A DNA stretch of 50,051 nt from Chloroflexota bacterium (GTDB lineage: Bacteria; Chloroflexota; Dehalococcoidia; Lucifugimonadales; UBA3495), in the NCBI GenBank assembly GCA_022562475.1, contig JADFPD010000003.1, forward strand, positions 1 through 50,051, in the 5' to 3' direction. Positions 9,575 through 19,248 of the stretch are shown piece after piece. Numbering within the stretch: position 1 is the stretch's first letter; every line of letters starts with the position of its first letter. The notes beneath the pieces were generated by a model, which did no database searches, was not told the origin of the DNA, and saw only the letters and a program-made list of their open reading frames with translations. A program made the translations under genes and the position numbers.

Positions 9575-10468
9575 TCAGTCTTGCCGGTGGTGTCCGGGAA
9601 TCGTCAGGTTATCCAAGATGCGGGACACCGAGTAGCTGCGGTTCAAGACATAGAAATGGACGCCGGGCGCCCCTGAGTCCCAGAGTTCGCGCACCTGGGC
9701 GGAGGCATATTCCACGCCCATATCGCGGGCGCTGTCGTCGTCGTCGGCATATTTGTCCAACAACTTGCTCAGGTCTGGGGGTATCTCGGACCCGCTTAGG
9801 ATGGTGAAACGGCGGACCTGGGCGGAGCTCAAAACCGGTAGCACGCCCGGGATGATGGGCACGTCGATGCCTCCGGCGCGGGCTCGCTCTAAGAAATCGT
9901 AATAAAACCGGTTGTCATAAAACAACTGCGTCACCAGAAAATCGGCCCCATTATCGACCTTCATCTTGACGTACTTCAGGTCGGCGTTCAGGTCCACCGA
10001 CTCGGTGTGGCCCTCCGGATAGCAGGCGGCGGCCACGCCAAACTTGAAGTTGGTTTTTATGTGCTTCAGCAGGTCGGTGGCGTGCTGGAACCCGCCCTCC
10101 ACCGGCACGAATTCCGTGGAGCCCCGGGGCGGGTCGCCGCGCAAGGCGATGACGTTCTCCACGCCCTCGGCTTCCAGCCGCTCCAATACCGCGTGGATCT
10201 CCTCTTTGGTTTGACCCACGCAGGTCAAGTGGGCCATAACCTCCACTGCGGCGGTCCGCTTGGCCTCAAAGGTGATCTCTTCAGTGAAGGCCCGGGTCGA
10301 GCCGCCGGCCCCATAGGTCACCGACACGAAATCCGGGCAGTATGCCTTCAACTCATGCAGGGTTTCCAATACACCCGGTATGCCCTCAGCGGTCCGGGGG
10401 GGAAAGAATTCGAAGGAGACCGGGCGTGTTTTGGTCAGGATATCTTTAATCTTCAAGCGGGTATCCAT
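9575..10468 (-). CDS. metF: 5,10-methylenetetrahydrofolate reductase
   Basis: SFEFFPP, SVTYGAGGSTR, AHLTC, ALRGDPP, YPEGH, VTQLFYD and HFYVLN motifs; exact start uncertain. Confidence 0.95.
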   Translation of the reverse strand: MDTRLKIKDILTKTRPVSFEFFPPRTAEGIPGVLETLHELKAYCPDFVSVTYGAGGSTRAFTEEITFEAKRTAAVEVMAHLTCVGQTKEEIHAVLERLEAEGVENVIALRGDPPRGSTEFVPVEGGFQHATDLLKHIKTNFKFGVAAACYPEGHTESVDLNADLKYVKMKVDNGADFLVTQLFYDNRFYYDFLERARAGGIDVPIIPGVLPVLSSAQVRRFTILSGSEIPPDLSKLLDKYADDDDSARDMGVEYASAQVRELWDSGAPGVHFYVLNRSYSVSRILDNLTIPGHHRQD

Positions 10469-10561
10469 TGACTGCCGGCGGACCTGACGTGCCGGCAGAG
10501 TCTGATTTCGTTCGTGAAGTTCGTTGCCGATAACCCCGGAACGCCCCCACGGAGACACTAA

Positions 10562-10590
10562 AGCATAGCATCGGCCCCGGTAGGTGTCGA
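10562..10590 (-). promoter_or_regulatory. Putative metF promoter
   Basis: TCGACA-N17-TATGCT with extended TG. Confidence 0.5.
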
Positions 10591-10624
10591 ACCAGCCAGG
10601 CTCAATCTTGCCTCTGGCCGCAGC

Positions 10625-11404
10625 CTAAAACTCCGGCTGACGCTTCTCTATAAACGCCTTGATCCCCTCCGCCGGGTGGGGAGATGTGGTCATGTATTCC
10701 ACGAAAGTGCGGCCCTCCAGCGCCACCCCATCTTCCACGGAGAGACCCATGCCGCGAAGGGTAGTCGCCTTGATCAGAGCCAGGCCGGTGCGGCTCTTGG
10801 TGCGCAGGGGTCCCAGAAGCGTTTCCAGTTCGTCGTCGAGACCCTCTGCCGGCACGGCGCGGAGGGCCAACCCCCACTCAACAGCTTCGGTCCCGGAGAT
10901 CCACTTTCCGGTGGTCAGCAATTCCATGGCCCGCTGCAAGCCCACGCGGCGGGGCAACCGTTGGGTGGAGCCGCCGCCGGGCATCAGGCCAAAATTGACG
11001 TGCTGGTCTCCGATGCGGGCATCGTCGGCCACCAGGGTCATATCGCAGGCCATCATCAGTTCCAGCCCGCCGGCCAGGGCAAATCCGTGCACCACCGCGA
11101 TGGCCGGGAAAGGCAGACTCTCGATCTGGCGGAGTAGGCCATTGATCTGGGCCACATATACCGGCAGCAGAGTTGGGTCATCGAAGGTGGACTGAAAATA
11201 GGTGAGGTCGGCGCCGGCGCAAAAGGCCCGTCCTTCGCCCCGGACCACCAACGCTTTGATGGACTCATCGCCGTGAGCTTCGGCCACCGCCGCTGAGAAT
11301 TCGGCTAACAACTCCGGACTCAGGGCGTTCAACGCGTCCGGGCGGTTCAGCCGAATGGTCGCCACCCGGTTTTCTTTCTCCAGTTTGATGTTGGTATACT
11401 CCAC
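10625..11404 (-). CDS. Enoyl-CoA hydratase/isomerase family protein
   Basis: LNRPDALNAL, AFCAGADL, ALAGGLEL and GLMPGGGSTQRLPR motifs. Confidence 0.92.
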   Translation of the reverse strand: MEYTNIKLEKENRVATIRLNRPDALNALSPELLAEFSAAVAEAHGDESIKALVVRGEGRAFCAGADLTYFQSTFDDPTLLPVYVAQINGLLRQIESLPFPAIAVVHGFALAGGLELMMACDMTLVADDARIGDQHVNFGLMPGGGSTQRLPRRVGLQRAMELLTTGKWISGTEAVEWGLALRAVPAEGLDDELETLLGPLRTKSRTGLALIKATTLRGMGLSVEDGVALEGRTFVEYMTTSPHPAEGIKAFIEKRQPEF

Positions 11405-11507
11405 CGGACGCCTCCTACAGCATGTGTGCCTTCAGCCCTAATATACCAGACAGTCCCGGCGGACCGCCGCCCGCCGCCCACGCCCACGCCCAAAACGCTC
11501 CTAGAAC

Positions 11508-11801
11508 ATGGCGCTAAAACCGGAAGAAAGTTGCACCCTAAAGGTTCGGGTCCAGCCAAAAGCGTCCCGCAACCAGGTGGACGGCTTCCAGGACGGCACG
11601 TTACGGCTGCGGGTAACGGCCCCGCCCACCGAGGGCCAAGCCAACGCCGGAGTGATTACACTGCTGGCCAAGACTTTGGGGGTCAGCAAGTCCCGGTTGG
11701 AGATCGTCCGGGGCCACGGGTCCAGAAACAAGGTCGTCGCGGTGGAGAGTTTGACCGAGCAGGAAGTTCGCCGGCGGATCGAGGCAGGGGATAAGCACTA
11801 G
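11508..11801 (+). CDS. DUF167 (YggU/UPF0235) family protein
   Basis: VRVQPKASR, LRLRVTAPP.EGQAN and IVRGHGSRNK. Confidence 0.9.
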   Translation: MALKPEESCTLKVRVQPKASRNQVDGFQDGTLRLRVTAPPTEGQANAGVITLLAKTLGVSKSRLEIVRGHGSRNKVVAVESLTEQEVRRRIEAGDKH

Positions 11802-11822
11802 ACCGGGAGCCCAGGAGAATAG

Positions 11823-12266
11823 ATGCAAGTCATGAACTTTGGTTGGGTCTTGAAAGACGAACTGGCCGGCTCTCAAGGACCGGTCAGTTTCGACGACCTA
11901 TCTTTCCTCTACCGCCAAGGAGTGCGCGCCGTGGTCCGCATGGAAGAGCGGACGATCGCCGCCGACACCGGAAAAACGGTCGACCTGGTGGACATGTTCG
12001 AGCCGGTCCCGGACTTCACCCCGCCCGAACCGGACCAGATCCTGCGGATGATCGAGTTCATCGACCAGCAGACCGAAGCGAATCGGCCCGTGGTGGTCAG
12101 TTGTTACGCGGGGATCGGCCGCACCGGCACGGTCCTGGCCTGTTACCTGGTCCACCGGGGCCAAGAAGCTGCCGCGGCGATAGAGCTGGTGCGGGAATTA
12201 CGCCCGGGGTCGATCCAGACCCCGGAACAAGAAATGGCGGTATACGAATACGCCAAGGGTGTCTGA
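11823..12266 (+). CDS. Dual-specificity/protein-tyrosine phosphatase family protein
   Basis: CX5R P-loop CYAGIGRTG, PVPDFTPP and RPGSIQT.EQ. Confidence 0.9.
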   Translation: MQVMNFGWVLKDELAGSQGPVSFDDLSFLYRQGVRAVVRMEERTIAADTGKTVDLVDMFEPVPDFTPPEPDQILRMIEFIDQQTEANRPVVVSCYAGIGRTGTVLACYLVHRGQEAAAAIELVRELRPGSIQTPEQEMAVYEYAKGV

Positions 12267-12268
12267 AG

Positions 12269-12481
12269 CTAGGCTGCGACCGCGGTTTTGACTTTCTCTT
12301 CGCTCAAAGCCTGGATCGCAACTTCGTTGAACGTCGCCCCGTGCAATACCGACAGATGCCCGCCTGCTTCGTTAACTTCGGTTAATTTTCCGCATTGCAT
12401 GCATTTCAGGAAAGCGCCGTAGGCATCCTTTTCCAGTGTGAGGTCTCCGTGGCATTTTGAGCAGCCTTTGAGATAAAACAT
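12269..12481 (-). CDS. Small zinc-ribbon protein (70 aa)
   Basis: CSKC...CMQC pairs; AAGGA RBS before ATG at 12481. Confidence 0.75.
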   Translation of the reverse strand: MFYLKGCSKCHGDLTLEKDAYGAFLKCMQCGKLTEVNEAGGHLSVLHGATFNEVAIQALSEEKVKTAVAA

Positions 12482-12662
12482 CCGATGGTTCCTTCCGGGC
12501 AGTGGGCTGTGCGAATCTTGCTGGGCCGCTTTCCCGTATCTGTGTATGCAATCTTTGATGCCGCTATTCACTCCAGGATTCCTCTGTTATATTCACACAA
12601 GTTTGCGGCCTCATATTTCTCTTGACGCAGGCCGCGCGATTTTTGTTCCCGGAGTTAACCCA

Positions 12663-13076
12663 TTGGTCCAGATCAGCCAGGAATTCATCGATGAGATGGT
12701 GGCCCACGCCAAGGCCGACCTGCCCAACGAATGCTGCGGCATCCTGGCGGGGCCGGACGGCCGGGTCAAGAAGGTCTACCGCATGGCCAACGTGGAAGCC
12801 AGCCCCTACCGGTTCGTCATGGACCCTCTAGAGTTGGCCAAAGTCGATACAGAGGCTGGAGACAACAACTGGGAGCTGCTGGCCATCTACCACTCTCACA
12901 CCGGCAGCGAGGCCTACCCGTCCGACACCGATGTCCGCATAGCCGGCGGCACCGCCGGACTTTGGCCCGACGTTCGCTACGTGCTGGTGTCTCTCATGAA
13001 CATGGACAACCCGGTCGTGCGCATCTTTGAAATAACCGGCGGAGAAGTCACCGAAGAGCCACTCGAGGTCGTCTGA
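12663..13076 (+). CDS. M67-family JAB/MPN metallopeptidase (Mec-like)
   Basis: PNECCGILAG and YHSH....AYPS.TD JAMM motif; TTG start after GGAG. Confidence 0.88.
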   Translation: MVQISQEFIDEMVAHAKADLPNECCGILAGPDGRVKKVYRMANVEASPYRFVMDPLELAKVDTEAGDNNWELLAIYHSHTGSEAYPSDTDVRIAGGTAGLWPDVRYVLVSLMNMDNPVVRIFEITGGEVTEEPLEVV

Positions 13077-13084
13077 TTCGCTGG

Positions 13085-15295
13085 TTGCCAGCCGCCGTTA
13101 CCTTCCTGCTGATCGCGGCCTGCGGCGACGCGACCGCGACGCCTCCATCGCCCTCACCGACTCCCAACATCGCCGCCCGAGCCAGCGCTTACATACCCAC
13201 GGTCCCGCCAACACGGCCCACCCAGCCCGCGCCCATTCCCCTGCCCACTCGCCATCCGGACACCGTGCCTTGGGTGAAAGAGCGGATCGACGCGGTCGTG
13301 GCCCTCTACCAACCCACCATAGCTGGACAGGCGTTGCTGCGCAGTCTGGACCTGCGCCAGATGGAGGGTGAGCCCGGTTTCTTCGGCAGCTTCGGGTTCA
13401 CCGAATGGGCCGGGGTCGGCGAGGCATCGCCCATCGGCGTTATCCACGAACTTAGCCACTCTTATTGGGGCGGCTTTCCGGTGGAGGGCCGGCCGGAACT
13501 TAGCTGGGACATACCCGAAGGCGGAGGGCTTTCCACGGCGATGGAGAGCTACCACCGGGACATCCTCACCTTCATGGCCCAGCCACCCGACGAATACGAA
13601 CTGTTTCGCCAGCGGCTGCGCAACCTCCCCGACGTTTCCAGCGAAAACCCCGAGCCTGTGCTCCACAACATGGAGGCGGACGTAGCCTACAATACCGCCG
13701 GCAGCCTCAATCTGGTCCCGCCCATCCTACGGAAGTATTGGAGCAACTTTCTGCCGGCCGGCCGGTTCGACGATTGGTACGGCGCGGCAGGCTGGTTCCA
13801 ATCTCTTTCCAAAGATGAGATTTCGGCCACGGGGAAATGGCTGGGTTTCGAGCACCTGGACCTGCGGCTGTACCCATCCCTGGAACCGGCGACGCCGCCC
13901 GAAGAGATGCTCCTCACCGCGCAAAGCGTCCTGGAAACCGAGGAGAAGGAACGGCTGCGCGACCTGGCCTACCAATTCGACCTTCTGATCGGCGACCCGC
14001 AAAATGAGGAGGATTTCGAGTTCTGGCGCAGGTATCTTCAAGACAAAGTGACTCTCTACCGAGCTCACCCATTTTATCTCGCGGGCCTTTCCATATCCCG
14101 CGCGGATGAACTGGCCTCCTCCCTAAAATTCCTCGCCGAACCAACTGCCGGCTCATCAGCCCAACAGGCGAATCGCCTGGCAGACCGGCTGGCTGAAGAC
14201 CCGTTCTTGGTCAACTTTCTTCCCGCCGTCGATAACCAAGTCCTGGTGGAATTATTCTCCAGCGGAGCGGCCCTGCCCGAGGGCAAGACCCTGCAGGCAA
14301 CCGCCAGTTTCGTGGAGCGCCTCAAGATATTTGGGGCCAAGGTCGACTCCGTTATTCAGGCCGGACGGTCTGACCCTTTTGAAGGCGCATCGGAGTTGGA
14401 GGAATTCATAGCCGAAACTGGCCTCGACCAGAAAGATGACCTAAAACTTTTCTTTGACCTTTTTCGGGACAGAAACCGGGACATCGCCAAGGCCGTGACG
14501 CTAGCCCTGTCCGACGATACGGTCCAGGGGTTGATGACGCCGGTCCCATTCCAACTCCGGACTATCCTTGACCCGTCAGACCTTCTACCAAAGCTGGGAA
14601 TCACATCATCTTCCGCCGACACCCAGGCACTTAAGGAGGGCATCGTCCTGTTGGTCCGAGAGCCGTCCGGAAATTTTAGGGTAGACGAACCATTCTTGGA
14701 CGCCCTATACCAGGTGATGGCCGAGCGCGCCGAAGACGATGCCCTTGAAACGGCGCGGTTGATACTGGATTCCCCTTTCCCCTTGGAGGGCATGATACTG
14801 GCCCAACCCGAGGCCGCGGCCATAATATTCAAGAGCGATATCGAGATGGCGCTGTTCTTGGCGACGAACAGCGATTCACTGCTGGACCCGCCGTGGCGGA
14901 TCATATACCGGCTGATCAAAGCCGACCCCGCTCTCGCCGCCAAAGTGTTGACCGAGTTCCACCGGCGCGGCGGGAAGGACTTGGTGTCCGAGTCCCTGGC
15001 ATACCTGGCTTACGATAAAGACCGGAGGGAAAGATCGTCCCAACTACCCATCTCCCTGGAACAAGACGGCAGATTCTTGGACGCACTGTTCCAGGCGGAG
15101 GGGCCAGGCTGGCTAGAGGCAAGGCTGGGGGAATCGGTGGACCTATACCGGCAAAGGGTGGAAGCCGGCGAAGTAAGCCCCGATTTCCTGGAACGCTACC
15201 GTGAAACCCTGGAATTCGCGGCGGCGTTTCTCAGCGACGGGGAGACACGGGATTCTCTAACGGGGATTATTCGCCGGGCGTTTGGGCTGTCCTGA
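13085..15295 (+). CDS. Uncharacterised lipoprotein with HExxH motif
   Basis: Lipobox IAA-C, Pro/Thr linker, IHELSH; 736-aa ORF with host-like codon usage; start uncertain. Confidence 0.7.
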   Translation: MPAAVTFLLIAACGDATATPPSPSPTPNIAARASAYIPTVPPTRPTQPAPIPLPTRHPDTVPWVKERIDAVVALYQPTIAGQALLRSLDLRQMEGEPGFFGSFGFTEWAGVGEASPIGVIHELSHSYWGGFPVEGRPELSWDIPEGGGLSTAMESYHRDILTFMAQPPDEYELFRQRLRNLPDVSSENPEPVLHNMEADVAYNTAGSLNLVPPILRKYWSNFLPAGRFDDWYGAAGWFQSLSKDEISATGKWLGFEHLDLRLYPSLEPATPPEEMLLTAQSVLETEEKERLRDLAYQFDLLIGDPQNEEDFEFWRRYLQDKVTLYRAHPFYLAGLSISRADELASSLKFLAEPTAGSSAQQANRLADRLAEDPFLVNFLPAVDNQVLVELFSSGAALPEGKTLQATASFVERLKIFGAKVDSVIQAGRSDPFEGASELEEFIAETGLDQKDDLKLFFDLFRDRNRDIAKAVTLALSDDTVQGLMTPVPFQLRTILDPSDLLPKLGITSSSADTQALKEGIVLLVREPSGNFRVDEPFLDALYQVMAERAEDDALETARLILDSPFPLEGMILAQPEAAAIIFKSDIEMALFLATNSDSLLDPPWRIIYRLIKADPALAAKVLTEFHRRGGKDLVSESLAYLAYDKDRRERSSQLPISLEQDGRFLDALFQAEGPGWLEARLGESVDLYRQRVEAGEVSPDFLERYRETLEFAAAFLSDGETRDSLTGIIRRAFGLS

Positions 15296-16325
15296 CCGGC
15301 GGACTGGAATTTGGGTTCTCCTCGTCCTCGGTCCCACCCACGGTCGCCACGACCACTGCTCCAACGATATAGGTCGTGGCCATCAGAGCCAGCGCCACCG
15401 TCGCCACCGTCGACTTGATCCGGTTCCGCGCCAGCACCAGCACCAGCCCGGCCACCATTAGACCCACCGCGACGCCGCCGGCCACGAAATGCGCCGGTTC
15501 GGTGGCGTTGCCCAGAACGCCATCGCGGAAGAACGGGTCGGCATAGAACAGGATGGTTATGTTGAACGCGCAGCTTCCGTAGAGTCCGGCCACACCCAGG
15601 TCCATGGCCCCCATTCGGGCGGCCGCGATGGTCGACGACGCCTCGGGCATGGTGGTCACCAAGGACACCAACAGGATGCCCAGAGTGCTGGAGGCGATGC
15701 CGGTGATGCCGGCGATCTGGTCGGAGCTCCATGCCAGGAAGAATCCCGATATGACCACGCCAAGAGAGACCAGACCGAATAGAAGCCAGGCCTTGCGTAA
15801 AGTCATCCCAGGGTCTTCACCTTCTTCGTCGCCGCCGGCGGGGCGGGTTTTGTAGACCCACCACATGCCCGCGACAAAGAGGGCTATCAGGATGATCGAT
15901 GCGATTCCGACCTCCCCGATGTTCGCACCCCACTGCATCGCGCCGAACAGGATGGCCAGTCCGGTCATGACCACGGCCACCACGATCAAATAACCCTGCT
16001 CGGGCGCTACCTGCTGTAAGAACTTCTTCCCGCCGAATGCCAGCGCCACCGCGGCCAGGGTGAACATATTCAGCATATTGGCCCCGAAGACATTCCCCAC
16101 GGCCAATTCGGGGTTGGGAGGGTCCAATCGGACGGCGGAGATGTTGGTGGACAGCTCTGGCAAAGACGTGGCCAGGGCCACCAGCAGACTACCCACGAAC
16201 AACCGCCCCCAGCCGGTCAGCGAGGCCAAGGCTTCGCCGTAGACCGCCAGCTTGGCGCCGCAGAACATCACGACAACGGCGCTGGCCAGGAAGACTGCTA
16301 TGGCGATCGTCAGTTCTCCGCCCAT
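15267..16325 (-). CDS. Na+/Ca2+ antiporter (CaCA/YrbG family)
   Basis: Two alpha repeats: ATSLPEL...GNVFGAN and VTTMPEA...GLYGSCAFN. Confidence 0.88.
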   Translation of the reverse strand: MGGELTIAIAVFLASAVVVMFCGAKLAVYGEALASLTGWGRLFVGSLLVALATSLPELSTNISAVRLDPPNPELAVGNVFGANMLNMFTLAAVALAFGGKKFLQQVAPEQGYLIVVAVVMTGLAILFGAMQWGANIGEVGIASIILIALFVAGMWWVYKTRPAGGDEEGEDPGMTLRKAWLLFGLVSLGVVISGFFLAWSSDQIAGITGIASSTLGILLVSLVTTMPEASSTIAAARMGAMDLGVAGLYGSCAFNITILFYADPFFRDGVLGNATEPAHFVAGGVAVGLMVAGLVLVLARNRIKSTVATVALALMATTYIVGAVVVATVGGTEDEENPNSSPPVRTAQTPGE

Positions 16326-16422
16326 CTAGATACCCTCTGCAGTTGTCATAAGTCCCTTCCCCCTTGGTGGGAAGATTAGGGTGGGGGTAGAGACTACTCC
16401 CCGGTCACGCTGCTCAAAAAGT

Positions 16423-17523
16423 CTAGTTTCCGGTCTCGATGGCGGCGATGATCAGGTCGCCCATCTCAACGGTCGAGACGTGTTCGGCGCCCTCGGTTGC
16501 TATGTCCGCGGTCCTGGCGTTCTGCTCCAATACCTTGTCCACCGCCCTCTCGATGGCGGCGCCCTCTTCGGTCAGGCCAAGGGAGTAGCGGACCAGCAAC
16601 GCCACGCTCAAGATCGAGCCGGTGGGGTTGGCGATGCCTTTGCCGGCGATGTCCGGCGCGGTGCCGTGTATCGGCTCGTATAAGCCTCCGGACCGTTGCC
16701 CTTCCACCGGTACCCCGGCCAGGCTGGCCGAAGGCAGCAGGCCCAGGGACGCCGCCAGCACCGAGGCCTCATCGCTGAGGATGTCGCCAAAGGTATTCTC
16801 GGACACGATGACGTCGAAACTGGCCGGCCGCTGAATGATCTGCATGGCGCAGTTGTCCACCAATACGTGTTCCAGTTCAACTTCGGGGTATTCCTCGCCC
16901 AGCCTGGTGGCCACCGTCCGCCACAACCGGGAGCACTCCAAGACGTTGGCCTTGTCCACTGAGGTCAGCTTCTTGCGCCGCCCCATGGCCAGTTCAAACC
17001 CCACCCGCACCACCCGCTCGATCTCGCCCTCGGTGTAGCGCATGGTGTCTTCGCCCACGATGCCGTTGGGCGTCTCCCGCCGGCCCCTGGGCAAGGCGTA
17101 GTAAAGACCGCCGGTCAACTCACGCACCACCACCAAGTCCACGCCCTCGATGATATGGGGCTTGAGGACGCTGGATTCAGCCAGCCAGGGGTAGACCTTG
17201 ACCGGCCTGATGTTGGCGAACACGCCCATATGGGCCCGCATGTCCAAGAGACCCATCTCGGGCCTTACTTTGGCGTCGGGTGAGTCCCACTTCGGGCCGC
17301 CCACGGCGCCGAAAAGCACGGCGTCGTTGGAATCCAGGAGGCCCCTGGTCTCGTCGGTCAGAGGGGTCCCGTGCTTGTCGATGGAGATGCCGCCGATGCC
17401 GCCGTAACTAAGATTGAACCTATGGCCAAAGGCCCGGCCCACGGCCTCCAGGGCACGGACGCCCTGGTCTGTCACCTCCGGGCCGATCCCGTCGCCACCC
17501 AATACGGCGATGTTGAACTCCAC
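16423..17523 (-). CDS. leuB: 3-isopropylmalate dehydrogenase
   Basis: [37 protein letters not shown] and [18 protein letters not shown]. Confidence 0.95.
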   Translation of the reverse strand: MEFNIAVLGGDGIGPEVTDQGVRALEAVGRAFGHRFNLSYGGIGGISIDKHGTPLTDETRGLLDSNDAVLFGAVGGPKWDSPDAKVRPEMGLLDMRAHMGVFANIRPVKVYPWLAESSVLKPHIIEGVDLVVVRELTGGLYYALPRGRRETPNGIVGEDTMRYTEGEIERVVRVGFELAMGRRKKLTSVDKANVLECSRLWRTVATRLGEEYPEVELEHVLVDNCAMQIIQRPASFDVIVSENTFGDILSDEASVLAASLGLLPSASLAGVPVEGQRSGGLYEPIHGTAPDIAGKGIANPTGSILSVALLVRYSLGLTEEGAAIERAVDKVLEQNARTADIATEGAEHVSTVEMGDLIIAAIETGN

Positions 17524-17742
17524 GTATTCCCCCTGGCGATCTAAAAACGGATACGTTGCTTAAAGTCTTGTTCAAGCCGTCCCGAGGCCGAAATCGACCT
17601 GGCTCGAATCCCGACACAGTATACCCAGAAACATGAGGGCCGACAAACAAGCTGGCTCCAGCCTGGCAATGACCCCGGTTTTGTTCTATCATCCCCTTTA
17701 TTCAGCCGGAAGACGGCAATCGTTGATCAGCGGGTCCTAGGC

Positions 17743-19170
17743 ATGGAATTCAAGCGGTTTTTGAAGGGCCTCCAGGGCATCGTCGGCGAAGAAAACGTGG
17801 TGCACCACTCCGATGACCTGCTGGTCTTTGAATACGACGGCTCGGTGGACCGGGGGTTGCCTGAGGCGGTGGTCTTTCCCGCCGATACACAAGAAGTGAG
17901 CCAAGTTATCGCCCTGGCCCACGAAGCCGGAGTCCCCGTAGTCGGCCGCGGCTCGGGCACCGGACTCAGCGGCGGCGCCATCGCCCCGCCCGGAGGCATC
18001 CAGGTCGCCTTCACCCGCATGAACCGAATCCTGGAAGTGGACACCGAGAACCGCCTGGCGTTGGTGGAACCAGGGGTGATCAACCTGGACCTGGACACCC
18101 ACGCCCGCAAGTCAGGCCTGCGCTACGCCCCCGACCCCTCCAGCCAGAAGGCCTGCAGCCTGGGCGGCAACATCGCCGAGAACGCCGGGGGGCCACATTG
18201 CCTGGCCTACGGCACCACCACCAACCACGTGTTGGGTCTGGAGGTTGTGCTGGAGGACGGCAAGGTCGTAAACCTGGGCAGCCTGGCCAGGGAGACGGTC
18301 GGTTATGACCTTAGAGGCGTGTTCACCGGCTCGGAGGGCACCTTCGGGCTCGCCACCAAGATCGCGGTGCGGCTCTTGCCGGTGCCCGAAGCCGTGCGCA
18401 CCTTCCTGGGCATCTTTCCCGACGTTGAGACCGCCTGCACCGCGGTCTCGGCGGTGATCGAACACGGCATCGTCCCCGCCGCGCTGGAGATGATCGACGC
18501 CCTGACCATCCAGGCGGTCCAGAAGGTCAACGACGCCGGGTATCCCGACGACGCCGGGGCCGTGCTGCTCATCGAACTCGAGGGCCTGCAAGACGAGGTG
18601 GACGAGATCGGCGAGGAAGTAGAGGCCGCCCTCTGGGAGACCGGCGCGACCCAGGTCCGGACCGCCGAGGCCGCCGAGGAGCGGGAGCAACTGTGGGTGG
18701 GACGCAAGGGAGCGCTCGGCGCGTTGGGTAGCATCGCTCCCAATTACTACTTGGTCGATGGCGTCGTGCCCAGGACCCAGTTGGCACAGGTGCTGGGGCA
18801 GGTCACCGAGGTCGGCCGGAAGTACAACATACCCATCGCCAACGTGTTTCACGCCGGAGACGGCAATCTCCATCCCTGCCTGCTCTTCGACGAACGCCAG
18901 CCCGGCGCCCTGGAGAAGATAGTAGAGGCTGGGGCCGAGGTGATGCGGATATGCGTGGATGCGGGAGGGACGCTAACGGGCGAGCACGGCGTGGGCCTGG
19001 AGAAGAAGGAACAGATGCCCTTGGTCTTTTCCGAAGATGACATGGCGGCCATGGTTTTGGTGCGTGACGCCTTCGCCCCGGACAACAGCCTGAACCCCGG
19101 CAAGATATTCCCCGACGGAGAGAAGCACACGCCTCACGCCCACCCAGCCTCCCCCGGCATGACCATCTAG
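17743..19170 (+). CDS. glcD: Glycolate oxidase FAD-linked subunit GlcD-like
   Basis: RGSGTGLSGGA, PDPSSQKACSLGGNIAENAGG, GSEGTFG, HAGDGNLHP and GEHGVG. Confidence 0.9.
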   Translation: MEFKRFLKGLQGIVGEENVVHHSDDLLVFEYDGSVDRGLPEAVVFPADTQEVSQVIALAHEAGVPVVGRGSGTGLSGGAIAPPGGIQVAFTRMNRILEVDTENRLALVEPGVINLDLDTHARKSGLRYAPDPSSQKACSLGGNIAENAGGPHCLAYGTTTNHVLGLEVVLEDGKVVNLGSLARETVGYDLRGVFTGSEGTFGLATKIAVRLLPVPEAVRTFLGIFPDVETACTAVSAVIEHGIVPAALEMIDALTIQAVQKVNDAGYPDDAGAVLLIELEGLQDEVDEIGEEVEAALWETGATQVRTAEAAEEREQLWVGRKGALGALGSIAPNYYLVDGVVPRTQLAQVLGQVTEVGRKYNIPIANVFHAGDGNLHPCLLFDERQPGALEKIVEAGAEVMRICVDAGGTLTGEHGVGLEKKEQMPLVFSEDDMAAMVLVRDAFAPDNSLNPGKIFPDGEKHTPHAHPASPGMTI

Positions 19171-19248
19171 CCGCCGCCATAGCCGGTCCAATGGGTCGCC
19201 TATTGTTGCTCCGGAACCGGCCGTGACCGATTCGAGTAGGAGTTTTTA

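Noticed and set aside
261-13076. Two JAB/MPN genes (radC and M67 peptidase) as part of a CBASS or ubiquitin-like defence system
   Set aside because: They are 12 kb apart in housekeeping context with no E1/E2, ubiquitin-like or cyclase gene nearby; radC is the full-length chromosomal type.
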